From an uncultured Clostridium sp. (GTDB lineage Bacteria > Bacillota > Clostridia > TANB77 > CAG-508): a stretch of 64,000 bases of DNA. Shown one piece after another: positions 18,725 through 31,930 of this stretch. Position 1 is the stretch's first letter. Each line of letters begins with the position of its first letter. The stretch spans positions 17 to 64,016 of the forward strand of contig CAMEJH010000004.1 in NCBI GenBank assembly GCA_945919455.1. Direction: 5' to 3'. The notes below the pieces were generated by a model. The model saw nothing but the letters and a program-made list of their open reading frames with translations, was not told the origin of the DNA and ran no database searches. A program made the translations under genes and the position numbers.

Positions 18725-19371
18725 TTTATTTCTTTTAATTGTATATATCTAATTGTTGAAAATATTGCACCAATAGAAATTATCAGTAGCATGCTTATAA
18801 TACTTTTTATACCTGCATTAGGTAAAATCTTATCTGATATTGTTTTATCTGTTGTTCCATTTTTTTGAGTATCTTGTTCATTCTTATCTGTAACATTATT
18901 TTCTTTATCAGCTACATCTCCATCTGAATTATTTCCATTGTTACCGCTATTTCCTACTTTGCCATCCACCCACTCTTTTATAACAGAAATTTCTTCTCTC
19001 ATTTCATCTATATTTTCATCTGTTAAATTTGTTACTTGAGACTTTAACTCTATATCTAATATAGTTTTTAGCAATGGATTAATGCCATCTATATTTTCAA
19101 ATTTTTCAATTCCTAAATTTAATTTTTCTTTTAAAGCCTCATCAACTTTTTCTGCTGTATATAAATCATTATATATTTCATCTACTACTTCTTTAAGTTG
19201 ATTTAAGTCTCCTAGATCTTCTTCATATTCATCTAACAATTCTTTTAGTTCTTCTGCTTCCGTTTTGGCATAAACGACTTTAGTCTTGAAGCTCATAAAT
19301 GTTAATAAAAATATCAATAATAGAAAAAATATTTTTTTATTCGTATTCTTCATTTCTCTCATCTTCCTCAT
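18721..19371 (-). CDS. Secreted acidic coiled-coil protein with C-terminal LPNAG cell-wall-sorting-like signal
   Basis: Signal peptide (KKIFFLLLIFLLTFMSFKTKVVYA), Glu/Asp-rich helical body and an N/G/D low-complexity linker. Then LPNAG, a hydrophobic stretch and the basic tail RYIQLKEIK. The start may be the third ATG (19353). Confidence 0.7.
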   Translation of the reverse strand: MRKMREMKNTNKKIFFLLLIFLLTFMSFKTKVVYAKTEAEELKELLDEYEEDLGDLNQLKEVVDEIYNDLYTAEKVDEALKEKLNLGIEKFENIDGINPLLKTILDIELKSQVTNLTDENIDEMREEISVIKEWVDGKVGNSGNNGNNSDGDVADKENNVTDKNEQDTQKNGTTDKTISDKILPNAGIKSIISMLLIISIGAIFSTIRYIQLKEIK

Positions 19372-19410
19372 ATTCTTTTGTTTTATCTTAAATAATCTAT
19401 TTAAAGATTA

Positions 19411-20913
19411 TTACCCTAACATATTTTTAATTAATTTCAATGCTTTTATAAGGTTTGTAATTACAGAAGTTTTTTGTTCTTTTTCTTCTTGATAATCTGA
19501 TTCTTTATTTACTATTTCTCCATTTGCTATTTTTTCAGCTTGATTTATAAAATTTTCTACATGTCCTTTATATACATTATATTTTGTTCCTAAAACTATA
19601 AATGCATGTTGTTCACCTTCAGCTGAAAACCTTTGAACATATGGTATTTTTGAATTTGCTATTGCAGTATTATATATCTCTGTACTATTTTCAAAAGGCA
19701 CTATTGAATCTTTTGTTCCATGTATTATTAATGTTGGTAATTCACATTTATTTAAACTATTTAAAGCATTTTGGTATGTATCAAAATTTTCTTCTGTTAA
19801 TCCAACTCCTATTTTTTCTATTAGAAGTTTTCTTATAATACTGTCTGTTAAAGAATCGCTTGATATACTTGATAAATCGTCCTTTTTAAATATTCCTAAT
19901 ATTTTAGCAACTAATTCATTTTTTGAAGCCTCTGAACCAGATGATGAACTAGCCCCACCTAGCAATCCCTTTATTATTCCTGTTAGAGATGTGTATCCAC
20001 AATCTTCTACTAGTCCAATTACATTTTGATTTTTAATTGTTTTTCCATCAATTTCCATTCCTGATGTAAATACTGTTGTTGCCCCACCTAGAGAAACACC
20101 ATGCAGTATTATTTGTTTACATTTATTACCATATCTGTTATTCAAATAAGTTAACCAATCCCAAACATCAAGGCTCTCTACATATCCCATAGCCTCATCA
20201 CCTTCGCTATTTCCATATCCTCTTGAGTCTGGTGCTAAAATGTTATATCCTTGATCTAAGTATATTTGTCCTACCGCATCAGCCATTGCTTGTCCAGTCA
20301 TATTAGCGCCATGAATTAAATATACCCATTTGTCTGATGTTGGATTTCCATTTTTATCTACTCCAGCATAATATATTTTCCCTACTAATTTTACTTTGTA
20401 CTCTTCTCCACATTTTTCTCCTGCTGTACTAGCAACCATATTATCTATTGTCACATCTGGTGTTAGACTTTCAACTGCTAAATTTGTACTTCCCAATAGT
20501 TTACTTATTAAGCTTGTTAGTGAACTTAATAAATCTGTTGCATTATTAGCATTTGAATTAATTGTTGTATTAATTATTTGATTTGATATTTTAGGAATTA
20601 CTGTTGATGAACTATATTTATTTTGTAATTCTGTAACTTTATCAATAATTTGTATTTTTATTTCATCAACTGATATATTTGTATTAAGTCCTTTTGTAAA
20701 GCTACTTATTTCTCCTAAAAATCCTTTGTAATTATTTAAATCATTATACCTTTGATTTGCGCTTTCTAGCATTGAGCTAAAATTTAATTTTGTTGAATTA
20801 TTAGCATTTGTGTTTAAAAATGTTGCATTTGATATAACAGGTATTAATATTAACATTGATACTACAACCAATACCATTATCCATTTAAATATGTTCTTTA
20901 TTCCTCTATTCAT
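19411..20913 (-). CDS. Secreted or membrane-anchored alpha/beta-fold hydrolase
   Basis: N-terminal hydrophobic anchor, nucleophile elbow HGVSLGG, and HGTKDSIVP / GEQHAF near the C-terminus. RBS aaggag. Confidence 0.8.
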   Translation of the reverse strand: MNRGIKNIFKWIMVLVVVSMLILIPVISNATFLNTNANNSTKLNFSSMLESANQRYNDLNNYKGFLGEISSFTKGLNTNISVDEIKIQIIDKVTELQNKYSSSTVIPKISNQIINTTINSNANNATDLLSSLTSLISKLLGSTNLAVESLTPDVTIDNMVASTAGEKCGEEYKVKLVGKIYYAGVDKNGNPTSDKWVYLIHGANMTGQAMADAVGQIYLDQGYNILAPDSRGYGNSEGDEAMGYVESLDVWDWLTYLNNRYGNKCKQIILHGVSLGGATTVFTSGMEIDGKTIKNQNVIGLVEDCGYTSLTGIIKGLLGGASSSSGSEASKNELVAKILGIFKKDDLSSISSDSLTDSIIRKLLIEKIGVGLTEENFDTYQNALNSLNKCELPTLIIHGTKDSIVPFENSTEIYNTAIANSKIPYVQRFSAEGEQHAFIVLGTKYNVYKGHVENFINQAEKIANGEIVNKESDYQEEKEQKTSVITNLIKALKLIKNMLG

Positions 20914-20932
20914 AAAAGTTCTCCTTTGTTTG

Positions 20933-23254
20933 TTATTCCTTTTTCTTAAAATTAACTACTATTGCATTCTCATTATCAAATTCAAATGTTGCATCTGTTG
21001 TGTCTGTTTGAACCGGGTTAAAATTGTCTTTTCCATCTGAAAAACTTATATTCTTTAAGTCAAACTTCTTTTTGCCATCATCACTACTTTCATCTTCTCC
21101 TGCAACTCCTGGCGTAAATTTTTCAAAATTATATGTTTTTATTGGTTGCTCTTCTTTATATTTTGAACCTAAATAATCAAAAACACCTTCGCCTACATTA
21201 AATTTACCATCATCTGTCTTAAGTTTAACAGCAACATGTTTACTTTTTAATGTAGCTAATTTATTTGCAACAAAATATGGTTTCCAATCATATTTTACAC
21301 TTGAATATTTTGAATCATATTCTAATTTATTCATATCCATAGAATTTGAATATGTCCATTCTCTTCTCTTTGTGAATTCTTTTTCCCACCAAGCTAATTC
21401 ATCTGGGGTACCATTTCCTGTAAATATTTTACTTGCACAATTTGATAATATTGTTTCTTGATATTTCATTTTTGGTGAATTTCCTTCTAGTTGAGCAAGA
21501 TTTTGTGCAGTAATTACTGTAGCTACTTTATATTTACGATATAATGTAAATATAGCTTCAGTATCTTTACAAATAAAGTCTGGAAATTCGTCTACATAGA
21601 AGAAATGTGGTATTCTACTATTTTCATTTCCTGGTCTTCTTAATACTGCATTCTGCATTGATAATATAAAGAATAATCCAAATGCAGTATGACTTGTTCT
21701 TCCCAAGTCTCCTCTACGAGTACATACAAGCGTTACTTCCCCATTTGCTAATGCTTTATCAAAATCTATATTATTATTTCTATTACACAATATTGCTTTT
21801 ACTCCTGGTAATCTTAGTAAATTATCTAATTGTGCTGCTGCTAAATATATATATTTTTCTGTATCTGGTCTTCCTACACTATCTTTGTAAAAGTTCTTTT
21901 TAAAGTATGCTAGCTGAATACTATATTTTTCTGCTAATTCTTCATCACTCTTCATAATTTCGCACATTTTTTCTACTAAGTCAAAATTTGTAAGCATTTT
22001 TAACATATCTTCTAGATTAGGTAAGTTTCCTCCATTCATTCTAGGATACATTTCTTTTAATATCATTGTTACATTTTCAATTGCTTGTATAATAAAGTCT
22101 TCTCTATATGCTTCTTCAATTTCTGGGTGAGTATTTGCATACATTCCTTTTAATACTGATGAAATTGTTATTGCTATTTTTGAAACATCATCATATACAA
22201 ATGGGTTCAATCCTATTGAAGATGGATTTGATGGGTCTATTAAATTATATTTTATATGAAAGTTTTTACAAACATTCATTATTTTTGATGTAGACTCAAA
22301 ATCTGGAGATATAGATGTTAATCCTAAATCTCTATATGTATATTCATTTGCAGATGCTGATAATATCATTTTACTTAAATAAGCTTTATATACTGCTTCT
22401 TTACCAAATGCTGGTGAAATCATATTTAAACTAAAATTCTCATTTAGATAATCATTACTATATGGTTTATTCAATGTTGCAATTCCTGTTTTTAATGCTG
22501 TATATCCCATTTCTTTTGCATTAGCCCTGTAAAAAGCTTTTTTCTCTAAGTCTTTTGCCATCATTGGTTCTAATATTAATGCTGTTTTTCCTGTTCCTGA
22601 ACCACCACATACAAATAGTGACTGATATCTTCTATTTTCATGAAATACCATTTTTTTACCATTTTCAAAGTCATTACACATATACATATCACATGTAAAT
22701 GGACCATGCCCTTTGTTTTTATCAGATAAACTGATTCCTTTATAATCCCAAATAGATCTTGTTTGATCTTTACTATCTGCAACGCCTAATCTTATCCATT
22801 TTATTACCCCATAAAATGTAGTCAATGGCAAATATATTGCTAATGCCGTAAATGCTGGTCTTATTAATTCAGAAAAATCTGATACTAATTCTGTATACCC
22901 TGGTAAAGATATAAGAAATAACCATGCTGCATGATTCAACCATTGTGTAAACATTGAAATAGCTACTACATATAATGTTATTACATATGTAAAGAACAAT
23001 GTTACTTTTGCACTTTTTGATGATGCAAATTCTGATGGTACACAAAATAAATATGCAAATATAGGACAAGCTAATGCTAATGTATATTTAATTGGTCCCC
23101 AGTATGATACTGAAACACCAGTAAATATTAAGAATAACATTTCGACTACTCTGTCCACTATTATATATACTGAAATTAATGTTAGCACATATGTTGCAAA
23201 TGTATTTCGGCTTGCATTTATTTTCTTCAAAAATTTATCTATTAACTTCATCAT
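20933..23254 (-). CDS. Polytopic TraG/TraD/VirD4-like (type IV coupling protein-like) P-loop ATPase
   Basis: About 5 N-terminal hydrophobic segments, Walker A VCGGSGTGKT, Walker B-like HFFYVDEFPDF and VITAQNLAQLEG, which is typical of the coupling-protein C-terminal module. Confidence 0.7.
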   Translation of the reverse strand: MMKLIDKFLKKINASRNTFATYVLTLISVYIIVDRVVEMLFLIFTGVSVSYWGPIKYTLALACPIFAYLFCVPSEFASSKSAKVTLFFTYVITLYVVAISMFTQWLNHAAWLFLISLPGYTELVSDFSELIRPAFTALAIYLPLTTFYGVIKWIRLGVADSKDQTRSIWDYKGISLSDKNKGHGPFTCDMYMCNDFENGKKMVFHENRRYQSLFVCGGSGTGKTALILEPMMAKDLEKKAFYRANAKEMGYTALKTGIATLNKPYSNDYLNENFSLNMISPAFGKEAVYKAYLSKMILSASANEYTYRDLGLTSISPDFESTSKIMNVCKNFHIKYNLIDPSNPSSIGLNPFVYDDVSKIAITISSVLKGMYANTHPEIEEAYREDFIIQAIENVTMILKEMYPRMNGGNLPNLEDMLKMLTNFDLVEKMCEIMKSDEELAEKYSIQLAYFKKNFYKDSVGRPDTEKYIYLAAAQLDNLLRLPGVKAILCNRNNNIDFDKALANGEVTLVCTRRGDLGRTSHTAFGLFFILSMQNAVLRRPGNENSRIPHFFYVDEFPDFICKDTEAIFTLYRKYKVATVITAQNLAQLEGNSPKMKYQETILSNCASKIFTGNGTPDELAWWEKEFTKRREWTYSNSMDMNKLEYDSKYSSVKYDWKPYFVANKLATLKSKHVAVKLKTDDGKFNVGEGVFDYLGSKYKEEQPIKTYNFEKFTPGVAGEDESSDDGKKKFDLKNISFSDGKDNFNPVQTDTTDATFEFDNENAIVVNFKKKE

Positions 23255-23333
23255 CTTTTCCTTTCATTTTCATATAATTATACATATATATTATCCTATA
23301 AATTCGTTAAAATTACAAGCTTTTTTGACAATT

Positions 23334-24185
23334 TTATAGAATAATTTCTAATATTATACCTGAAATTACACCTATAAAGTATAATAAACTTATAATTTTA
23401 ATATTTTCTTTTATATTTTTGTTTGTCTTAAATAATACTAATAATCCTACTCCTGCATTAACGCAAAGTCCTGAAATTAATATTGGCATTGATATTACTT
23501 GTTCTATAAATAATTCTGTTAGTATTACTGATGACGCACAATTTGGTATTAGACCAATTATTCCCGCAATTACTGGTCCCAATATTATATTGTGACTAAT
23601 TATGTTGGCAATTGTTTCTTCTCCAACTAGAGTTATTATAATATTTATTATTAATGTTATTATAAATATAAATATTAATATATTTATAGAATGTTTTATA
23701 GCAGATTTGATAATTCCCTCTTCACAGTGACAATGTTCATGTTCACATAGTTCTTCTATATTTTCTTGTTGCTCTTGTTTTTTTAATTTTCTCATTACAA
23801 AATCTATTACCAGTCCAGCTACTATACCAATAGCTAGTTTTATTCCTAGTATTTCTAATATTGTAGTAATAGGAACTGCCTCTGTTAATAATATTGGTAA
23901 CATTTCATCTGATGTTGTTAAATATACTGATATTAATGTTCCCAAAGTTATTACTCTGGCTGCATATAGATTAGTCGCTGACACTGAAAAACCACATTGA
24001 GGAAATATTCCAACTACTCCTCCTAAAATTGGTCCATATTTTCCAGATTTTTTTATAGTTTCTTTTACTTTATCACTTGTTTTGTGCTCTATATATTCCA
24101 TTATTAAGTATGTTACAAATAGAAATGGTAAAAGTTTTATGCTATCTAATACAGTTTCTTCAAGTATTTCTATAATTTGTTGCAT
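23334..24185 (-). CDS. Putative 10-TM heavy-metal exporter (ArsP_2 / DUF2899-like)
   Basis: IFPQCGFS and IPNCASS paired motifs, a central CEHEHCHCEE loop, and multiple TM segments. Confidence 0.65.
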   Translation of the reverse strand: MQQIIEILEETVLDSIKLLPFLFVTYLIMEYIEHKTSDKVKETIKKSGKYGPILGGVVGIFPQCGFSVSATNLYAARVITLGTLISVYLTTSDEMLPILLTEAVPITTILEILGIKLAIGIVAGLVIDFVMRKLKKQEQQENIEELCEHEHCHCEEGIIKSAIKHSINILIFIFIITLIINIIITLVGEETIANIISHNIILGPVIAGIIGLIPNCASSVILTELFIEQVISMPILISGLCVNAGVGLLVLFKTNKNIKENIKIISLLYFIGVISGIILEIIL

Positions 24186-24199
24186 TTTAAATTCCTCTC

Positions 24200-24634
24200 T
24201 TAAATCTTTCCATTTTTGATGTCTTCTATAAATTTATCTCTTATTTCATATGGAAGTAATACTATTTTTTCTACATCTTCTCTCTTTATTATTTCTGGTA
24301 TATATTTTCCTCTATGTGCATATTTAGGATCTCCTGAAAATTCTGGACCTGTTCCTGTTCCAAATTTTCCACTTACATATTTACATAAGAAAAAATATTC
24401 TTTTTTATCTTGTTCTCCATTTTCTATTTCATATAACTTTTTTATTACTTCTACATCTATTCCAAATTCTTCTTTTATTTCTCTTATAGTACCTTCTTCT
24501 ATGGTTTCTCCTGGTTCTTGCCCTCCTCCTGGGAATGTATAATAATCTCCTATTGGATGATTTTGTACTCCCACTCTATGCATAAATGCAAAACCATCTT
24601 CTATTGGTACTATTCCTGCTAATCTTACTCTCAT
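24200..24634 (-). CDS. NUDIX hydrolase
   Basis: Nudix box GGGQEPGETIEEGTIREIKEEFGI (Gx5Ex7REUxEExGU). Confidence 0.85.
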   Translation of the reverse strand: MRVRLAGIVPIEDGFAFMHRVGVQNHPIGDYYTFPGGGQEPGETIEEGTIREIKEEFGIDVEVIKKLYEIENGEQDKKEYFFLCKYVSGKFGTGTGPEFSGDPKYAHRGKYIPEIIKREDVEKIVLLPYEIRDKFIEDIKNGKI

Positions 24635-24678
24635 TTTTTCCTCCTCATAATTTGGGGTCGGTTCTCTTTTTGAGTTTT

Positions 24679-25968
<1,290 letters not shown>

Positions 25969-27051
25969 TTATTTTTGTTGTCCTTGGTCCCTTTGTTGAA
26001 TTGCTCTTGCAAATTCTTGTTTCATTAATTCTATTCTACTTTGTATTGCACTTGATGATGATTTTTCTTTACGATTTACTTGACCGTTTTTATCTACTTC
26101 ACCAATATAAGTTAGTTGTCTCATATCTTGGAAATTTCTTGCATCTGATAATAAAGTTAATACTTTTGTAATTTCTTGTAGATTTCCTGTTCTTACTATA
26201 TCTTCTAATCTTTTTTGTAATTCAAAACATACTGCATATCCATCTGGATTTTGTCCACCGAGAAATTCAACATCACTTTCATGTTCTGCATTTTTTATGT
26301 ATGCAGAATATAAATATGTTCCACTACCATCTTTTCCAACTTTGTTAACTTGCCTCATTCTAAGTATATCTCCAGTATTTATATTAACCCCATCATAATT
26401 TGCATATCTGCTGTCACTTCTTGCATTTGGATAATACACTTCCCTTATTGTTGGATATTGTTTTCTTTCATTTTTTTCTCTTTGTGCATTTTCTAAATAG
26501 CCTTTTGCGTCTATGGATGCCATAAATTCTTGCTGTTTTGTTATTTCTTCTTGTCTTCTTTGCATCTTTGCATCTAGCTCTGCATTTCTTGCTGTTATTT
26601 GTTCTTCCACTATTTTATTAACTATATTTTGTACAGCCTCACTTTTACTATCAAATGTATACCAACCTGTTCTATCATCGATTAGTCTTCCAAGATAATA
26701 TTGTTGTTGTCCGCCTTGCATTTTTCCTCTACTTTCTCTTTCATATTGTCTCATAACAGCTGACATAATTTCATCACTTATTTCTTGTTCTTTTGATAAT
26801 TCAAATGCAACATAATCCGTATAATCGAAATAAATTGTATCTCCTTCTCTTTGTTTTATTATTCTCGCCATTATTAATTGTGTTATTTCATTATTACGAT
26901 GTCTTATATTATTTACTTTCCCTGGTCTGAAAACTGTAATCTCATCTTTTCCATCTAATGATGGCATTGAATATACTTCTCGAGTTTTTTTGCCTGCCAC
27001 TTCTGCTTCTTTGTTTTCTTTTTTTCCTTTTAATTTATCAAATATTCCCAT
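25969..27051 (-). CDS. Hypothetical soluble protein (~360 aa) with central Gln/Glu-rich helical segment
   Basis: Long ORF with RBS gaggagaaaatATG at 27051. The track start at 27072 would overlap trpS. No motif recognised. Confidence 0.6.
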   Translation of the reverse strand: MGIFDKLKGKKENKEAEVAGKKTREVYSMPSLDGKDEITVFRPGKVNNIRHRNNEITQLIMARIIKQREGDTIYFDYTDYVAFELSKEQEISDEIMSAVMRQYERESRGKMQGGQQQYYLGRLIDDRTGWYTFDSKSEAVQNIVNKIVEEQITARNAELDAKMQRRQEEITKQQEFMASIDAKGYLENAQREKNERKQYPTIREVYYPNARSDSRYANYDGVNINTGDILRMRQVNKVGKDGSGTYLYSAYIKNAEHESDVEFLGGQNPDGYAVCFELQKRLEDIVRTGNLQEITKVLTLLSDARNFQDMRQLTYIGEVDKNGQVNRKEKSSSSAIQSRIELMKQEFARAIQQRDQGQQK

Positions 27052-27061
27052 ATTTTCTCCT

Positions 27062-28075
27062 CTATTTTTCAAAGTAATCTAGCTTCATAGCTTTCTTAAC
27101 TTTTTTCATCGTTTCTTTTGCAGTTTGTCTTGCTTTTTCAGTTCCTTTAATTAATATTTCATCTACTAACTCTGGTCTTTCTTCATAATATTTTCTCTTC
27201 TGTCTCATTGGTTCTAAAGTTGCGTTGATATTTTTAGCTAATTGTTTTTTACATGCAACACATCCTCGTTTTCCTGCTTTGCATTCTTCACATACTGTTT
27301 TACACTCTTCTTCTGAACTAAATAATTTATGATAATATGATACCATACATACATCAGGATTTCCTAAATCATCTTTTTTTATTCTATTTGGGTCTGTTAC
27401 TGCACTCATTACTTTTTTATTGACATCTTCTTCTGAGTCTGATAAATATATTGCATTTCCTAATGATTTACCCATTTTTTCGTTTCCATCCAAACCTTTT
27501 ATTCTTTTTTCATTAGATAAAACTGCCTCTGGTTCAACTAATACTTCTCCATAAATACTATTGAATTTTCTAACTATCTCTCTGCATTGTTCTATTAGTG
27601 GTAGTTGATCTTCTCCTACTGGAACAAGCGCTCCTTCTAATGCTGTTATGTCTGCCGCTTGACTTACAGGGTATCCTAAGAATCCATATGTAACACTTTC
27701 ACCAAATAAATCTTTCTTTTGAGCAATCTCTGTTTTTACAGTTGGATTCCTTTCAAGTCTTGCGATTGTTACTAAATTTGAATAAAATACTGTTAATTCT
27801 GCAACTTCTGGAATCATTGATTGTATATATATTGTTGTTTTTTCTGGATCTATTCCTACTGATAAATAATCCATTACAACTTCTCTAACATTTTTTCTTA
27901 CTTTTTCCGGATTATTAAAATTATCAGTTAATGCTTGCACATCTGCAACTAATATATATGGGTCATATTCTCCTGTTTCTTGCATTTTCACTCTATTTTT
28001 CAATGAACCAAAGTAATGACCAATATGTAATCTTCCTGTTGGTCTATCTCCTGTTACAATTCTTTTCTTTTCCAT
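27062..28075 (-). CDS. trpS: Tryptophan--tRNA ligase
   Basis: HIGH motif (LHIGHYFG), KMSKS variant (KMGKS), about 337 aa, with the class Ic TrpRS sequence pattern. Confidence 0.95.
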   Translation of the reverse strand: MEKKRIVTGDRPTGRLHIGHYFGSLKNRVKMQETGEYDPYILVADVQALTDNFNNPEKVRKNVREVVMDYLSVGIDPEKTTIYIQSMIPEVAELTVFYSNLVTIARLERNPTVKTEIAQKKDLFGESVTYGFLGYPVSQAADITALEGALVPVGEDQLPLIEQCREIVRKFNSIYGEVLVEPEAVLSNEKRIKGLDGNEKMGKSLGNAIYLSDSEEDVNKKVMSAVTDPNRIKKDDLGNPDVCMVSYYHKLFSSEEECKTVCEECKAGKRGCVACKKQLAKNINATLEPMRQKRKYYEERPELVDEILIKGTEKARQTAKETMKKVKKAMKLDYFEK

Positions 28076-28169
28076 TTTGTATCTCTCCTATCTTTATATT
28101 TTCCGATTTCTACCTTTTTTTACATATTATATTATACTATATTTTTTTATAAAAATAAAGTCTTTCGCA

Positions 28170-28207
28170 AAAAAAGAATAGAAGTCTAATACTAAGCCTT
28201 CTATTCT
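28170..28207 (-). terminator. Terminator after dnaJ
   Basis: A 10-bp stem (agaatagaag / cttctattct) followed by T6 on the minus strand, 8 nt after the dnaJ stop. Confidence 0.7.
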
Positions 28208-28214
28208 TTTCGTT

Positions 28215-29384
28215 CTATCCAAAAATTCCTTTTTTCTTTATTGGTGGTTGTTCATTCATTGTTCTTGCCAATTTTTCAAGTAAGTCTCTTTGTTCTTTAT
28301 TTAGTCTTTTTGGCGTTTGAACAACTACTGTAAATATAAAGTTTCCTCTAGTTGTTGAACTTATTGAATTAAATCCTCTTTCCTTTATTGTAAACTTAGT
28401 TCCAGTTTGTGTACCTTCTGGAATCGTGAATTTTTCTATACTTCCATCTACCATAGGTATTTTTAATTCAGCTCCTAATGTTGCTTGAGTTATAGTTACA
28501 GGAACTTCACACATTACAGTCGTTCCTTGTCTCGTATAAATGCTACTCTTTTTTATTCTAACTGTTATGTATAAATCTCCTTTAGGTCCACCTTTTTCTC
28601 CTGGTTCACCTTCTCCTCTTAATACTACAGTTTGATTGTCATCTATGCCTGCTGGTATTTTTACTTTTATTCTTGGTTGTTTTCTTACTGTTCCCTTGCC
28701 TTTGCAATTATCACAAACTTCTTTTATTACTTCTCCTGTTCCATGACAATTTGTACAAGTTTTTGTTGTTTGCATTTGTCCTAATATAGTATTCTGGACT
28801 TGCCTAACTGTTCCTGTTCCATTACATATAGGGCATTTAGTTACTGAGGTTCCTGGCTTTGCTCCTGTTCCATGGCAAACATCACAAGTTTCAGGTCTTG
28901 TTATAACTATGTCTTTTTCAACACCCAAAAAAGCTTCTTCAAATGTTATTTCTAAATTTAAATTTAAATCTGCACCTTTTTTAGGTCCTCTTGTTTTTTG
29001 TCTTGTACTAGTTCTTGCTCCTCCTCCAAAAAATGAAGAAAAAATATCGCCTAAGTCTCCAAAATCTGAAAAGCCATCAAAACCATCAAATCCAGATGAA
29101 GTATATGAATAATAGTTTCCGCCTCCAAAAGGGCCTCCAGCGCCACCAAATCCTTGTGGATCAGCTGTTCCAAATTGATCATACATTTTTCTTTTTTGTG
29201 GATTTGATAATGTTTCATATGCTTCGTTTACTTCTTTAAATTTTGCCTCTGCTTCTGCTTTGTTATCAGGATTAGCATCAGGGTGATATTTTTTGGCAAG
29301 TTTTCTGTAAGCTTTTTTTAATTCTTCGTCTGTCGCAGTTTTACTAACACCTAAGACTTCATAATAATCTCTTTTATTTGCCAT
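28215..29384 (-). CDS. dnaJ: Molecular chaperone DnaJ
   Basis: J domain with HPD, a G/F-rich region and four CxxCxGxG zinc-finger repeats. Confidence 0.95.
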   Translation of the reverse strand: MANKRDYYEVLGVSKTATDEELKKAYRKLAKKYHPDANPDNKAEAEAKFKEVNEAYETLSNPQKRKMYDQFGTADPQGFGGAGGPFGGGNYYSYTSSGFDGFDGFSDFGDLGDIFSSFFGGGARTSTRQKTRGPKKGADLNLNLEITFEEAFLGVEKDIVITRPETCDVCHGTGAKPGTSVTKCPICNGTGTVRQVQNTILGQMQTTKTCTNCHGTGEVIKEVCDNCKGKGTVRKQPRIKVKIPAGIDDNQTVVLRGEGEPGEKGGPKGDLYITVRIKKSSIYTRQGTTVMCEVPVTITQATLGAELKIPMVDGSIEKFTIPEGTQTGTKFTIKERGFNSISSTTRGNFIFTVVVQTPKRLNKEQRDLLEKLARTMNEQPPIKKKGIFG

Positions 29385-29477
29385 TTTCTCCTCCTCATGG
29401 ATTTAGAAGTTGGAAATTTTGCTTTTTTACTTCCAACTTCTAACCTCCAATTATCTTTTATATTTATTTATCATCTT

Positions 29478-31310
<1,833 letters not shown>

Positions 31311-31389
31311 TTACTTCCTTTCTTTTATTTGTCAGGTGACACATCCTAACAATTATATATATTTTTTTAAATTTAATAACTATTTTATA

Positions 31390-31914
31390 TTAATTGGCTA
31401 CAATTACCATAGAATGTCTAATAACTTTTGTACCTATTTTATAGCCTTTTCTATATTCCTGTACTATTTCTTTTTCATTTTTTTCTGGATCTTGTATACT
31501 ACTTACTGCTTCGTGTAAACTTGGGTCAAATGTTTCTCCAAGTGCTGGAATTTCTTCTACTCCTTTAGATTTTAATATGTCTTTAAATTGTTTTAGTACA
31601 AGTTCTACTCCTTTTTTGTATTCTTCATCCTTAGTTTCTACCTTTAGGGCATTTTCTAAGTTGTCCAATACTGGTAAGAATACTTCTACTATATCAGATA
31701 ATATTGAATTGTATAATGTTTCTCTTTCTTTTCCACTTCTCTTTTTGAAATTTTCAAATTCTGCTAATACTCTTTTATATCTATCATTTAGCTCATCTAG
31801 TTCTTGTTGTTTTGGATCTATTATGCAATCTTTCTTTTCAGTTGTTTCTTTATCACTTTTTTCATTTTCACTAGAAGTATTTTTTATTTGTTCATTTTTT
31901 TCTTCGTTTTCCAT
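31390..31914 (-). CDS. grpE: Nucleotide exchange factor GrpE
   Basis: Position between hrcA and dnaK. GrpE-type helical N-terminus and C-terminal FDPSLHEAV...GYKIGTKVIRHSMV. Confidence 0.9.
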   Translation of the reverse strand: MENEEKNEQIKNTSSENEKSDKETTEKKDCIIDPKQQELDELNDRYKRVLAEFENFKKRSGKERETLYNSILSDIVEVFLPVLDNLENALKVETKDEEYKKGVELVLKQFKDILKSKGVEEIPALGETFDPSLHEAVSSIQDPEKNEKEIVQEYRKGYKIGTKVIRHSMVIVAN

Positions 31915-31930
31915 ATTCTACCTTCTTTCT

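Noticed and set aside
28076-28214. T-box riboswitch upstream of trpS
   Set aside because: The intergenic region is only ~140 nt, and most of it is the dnaJ terminator and a promoter-like AT stretch. It has no T-box sequence or specifier structure.
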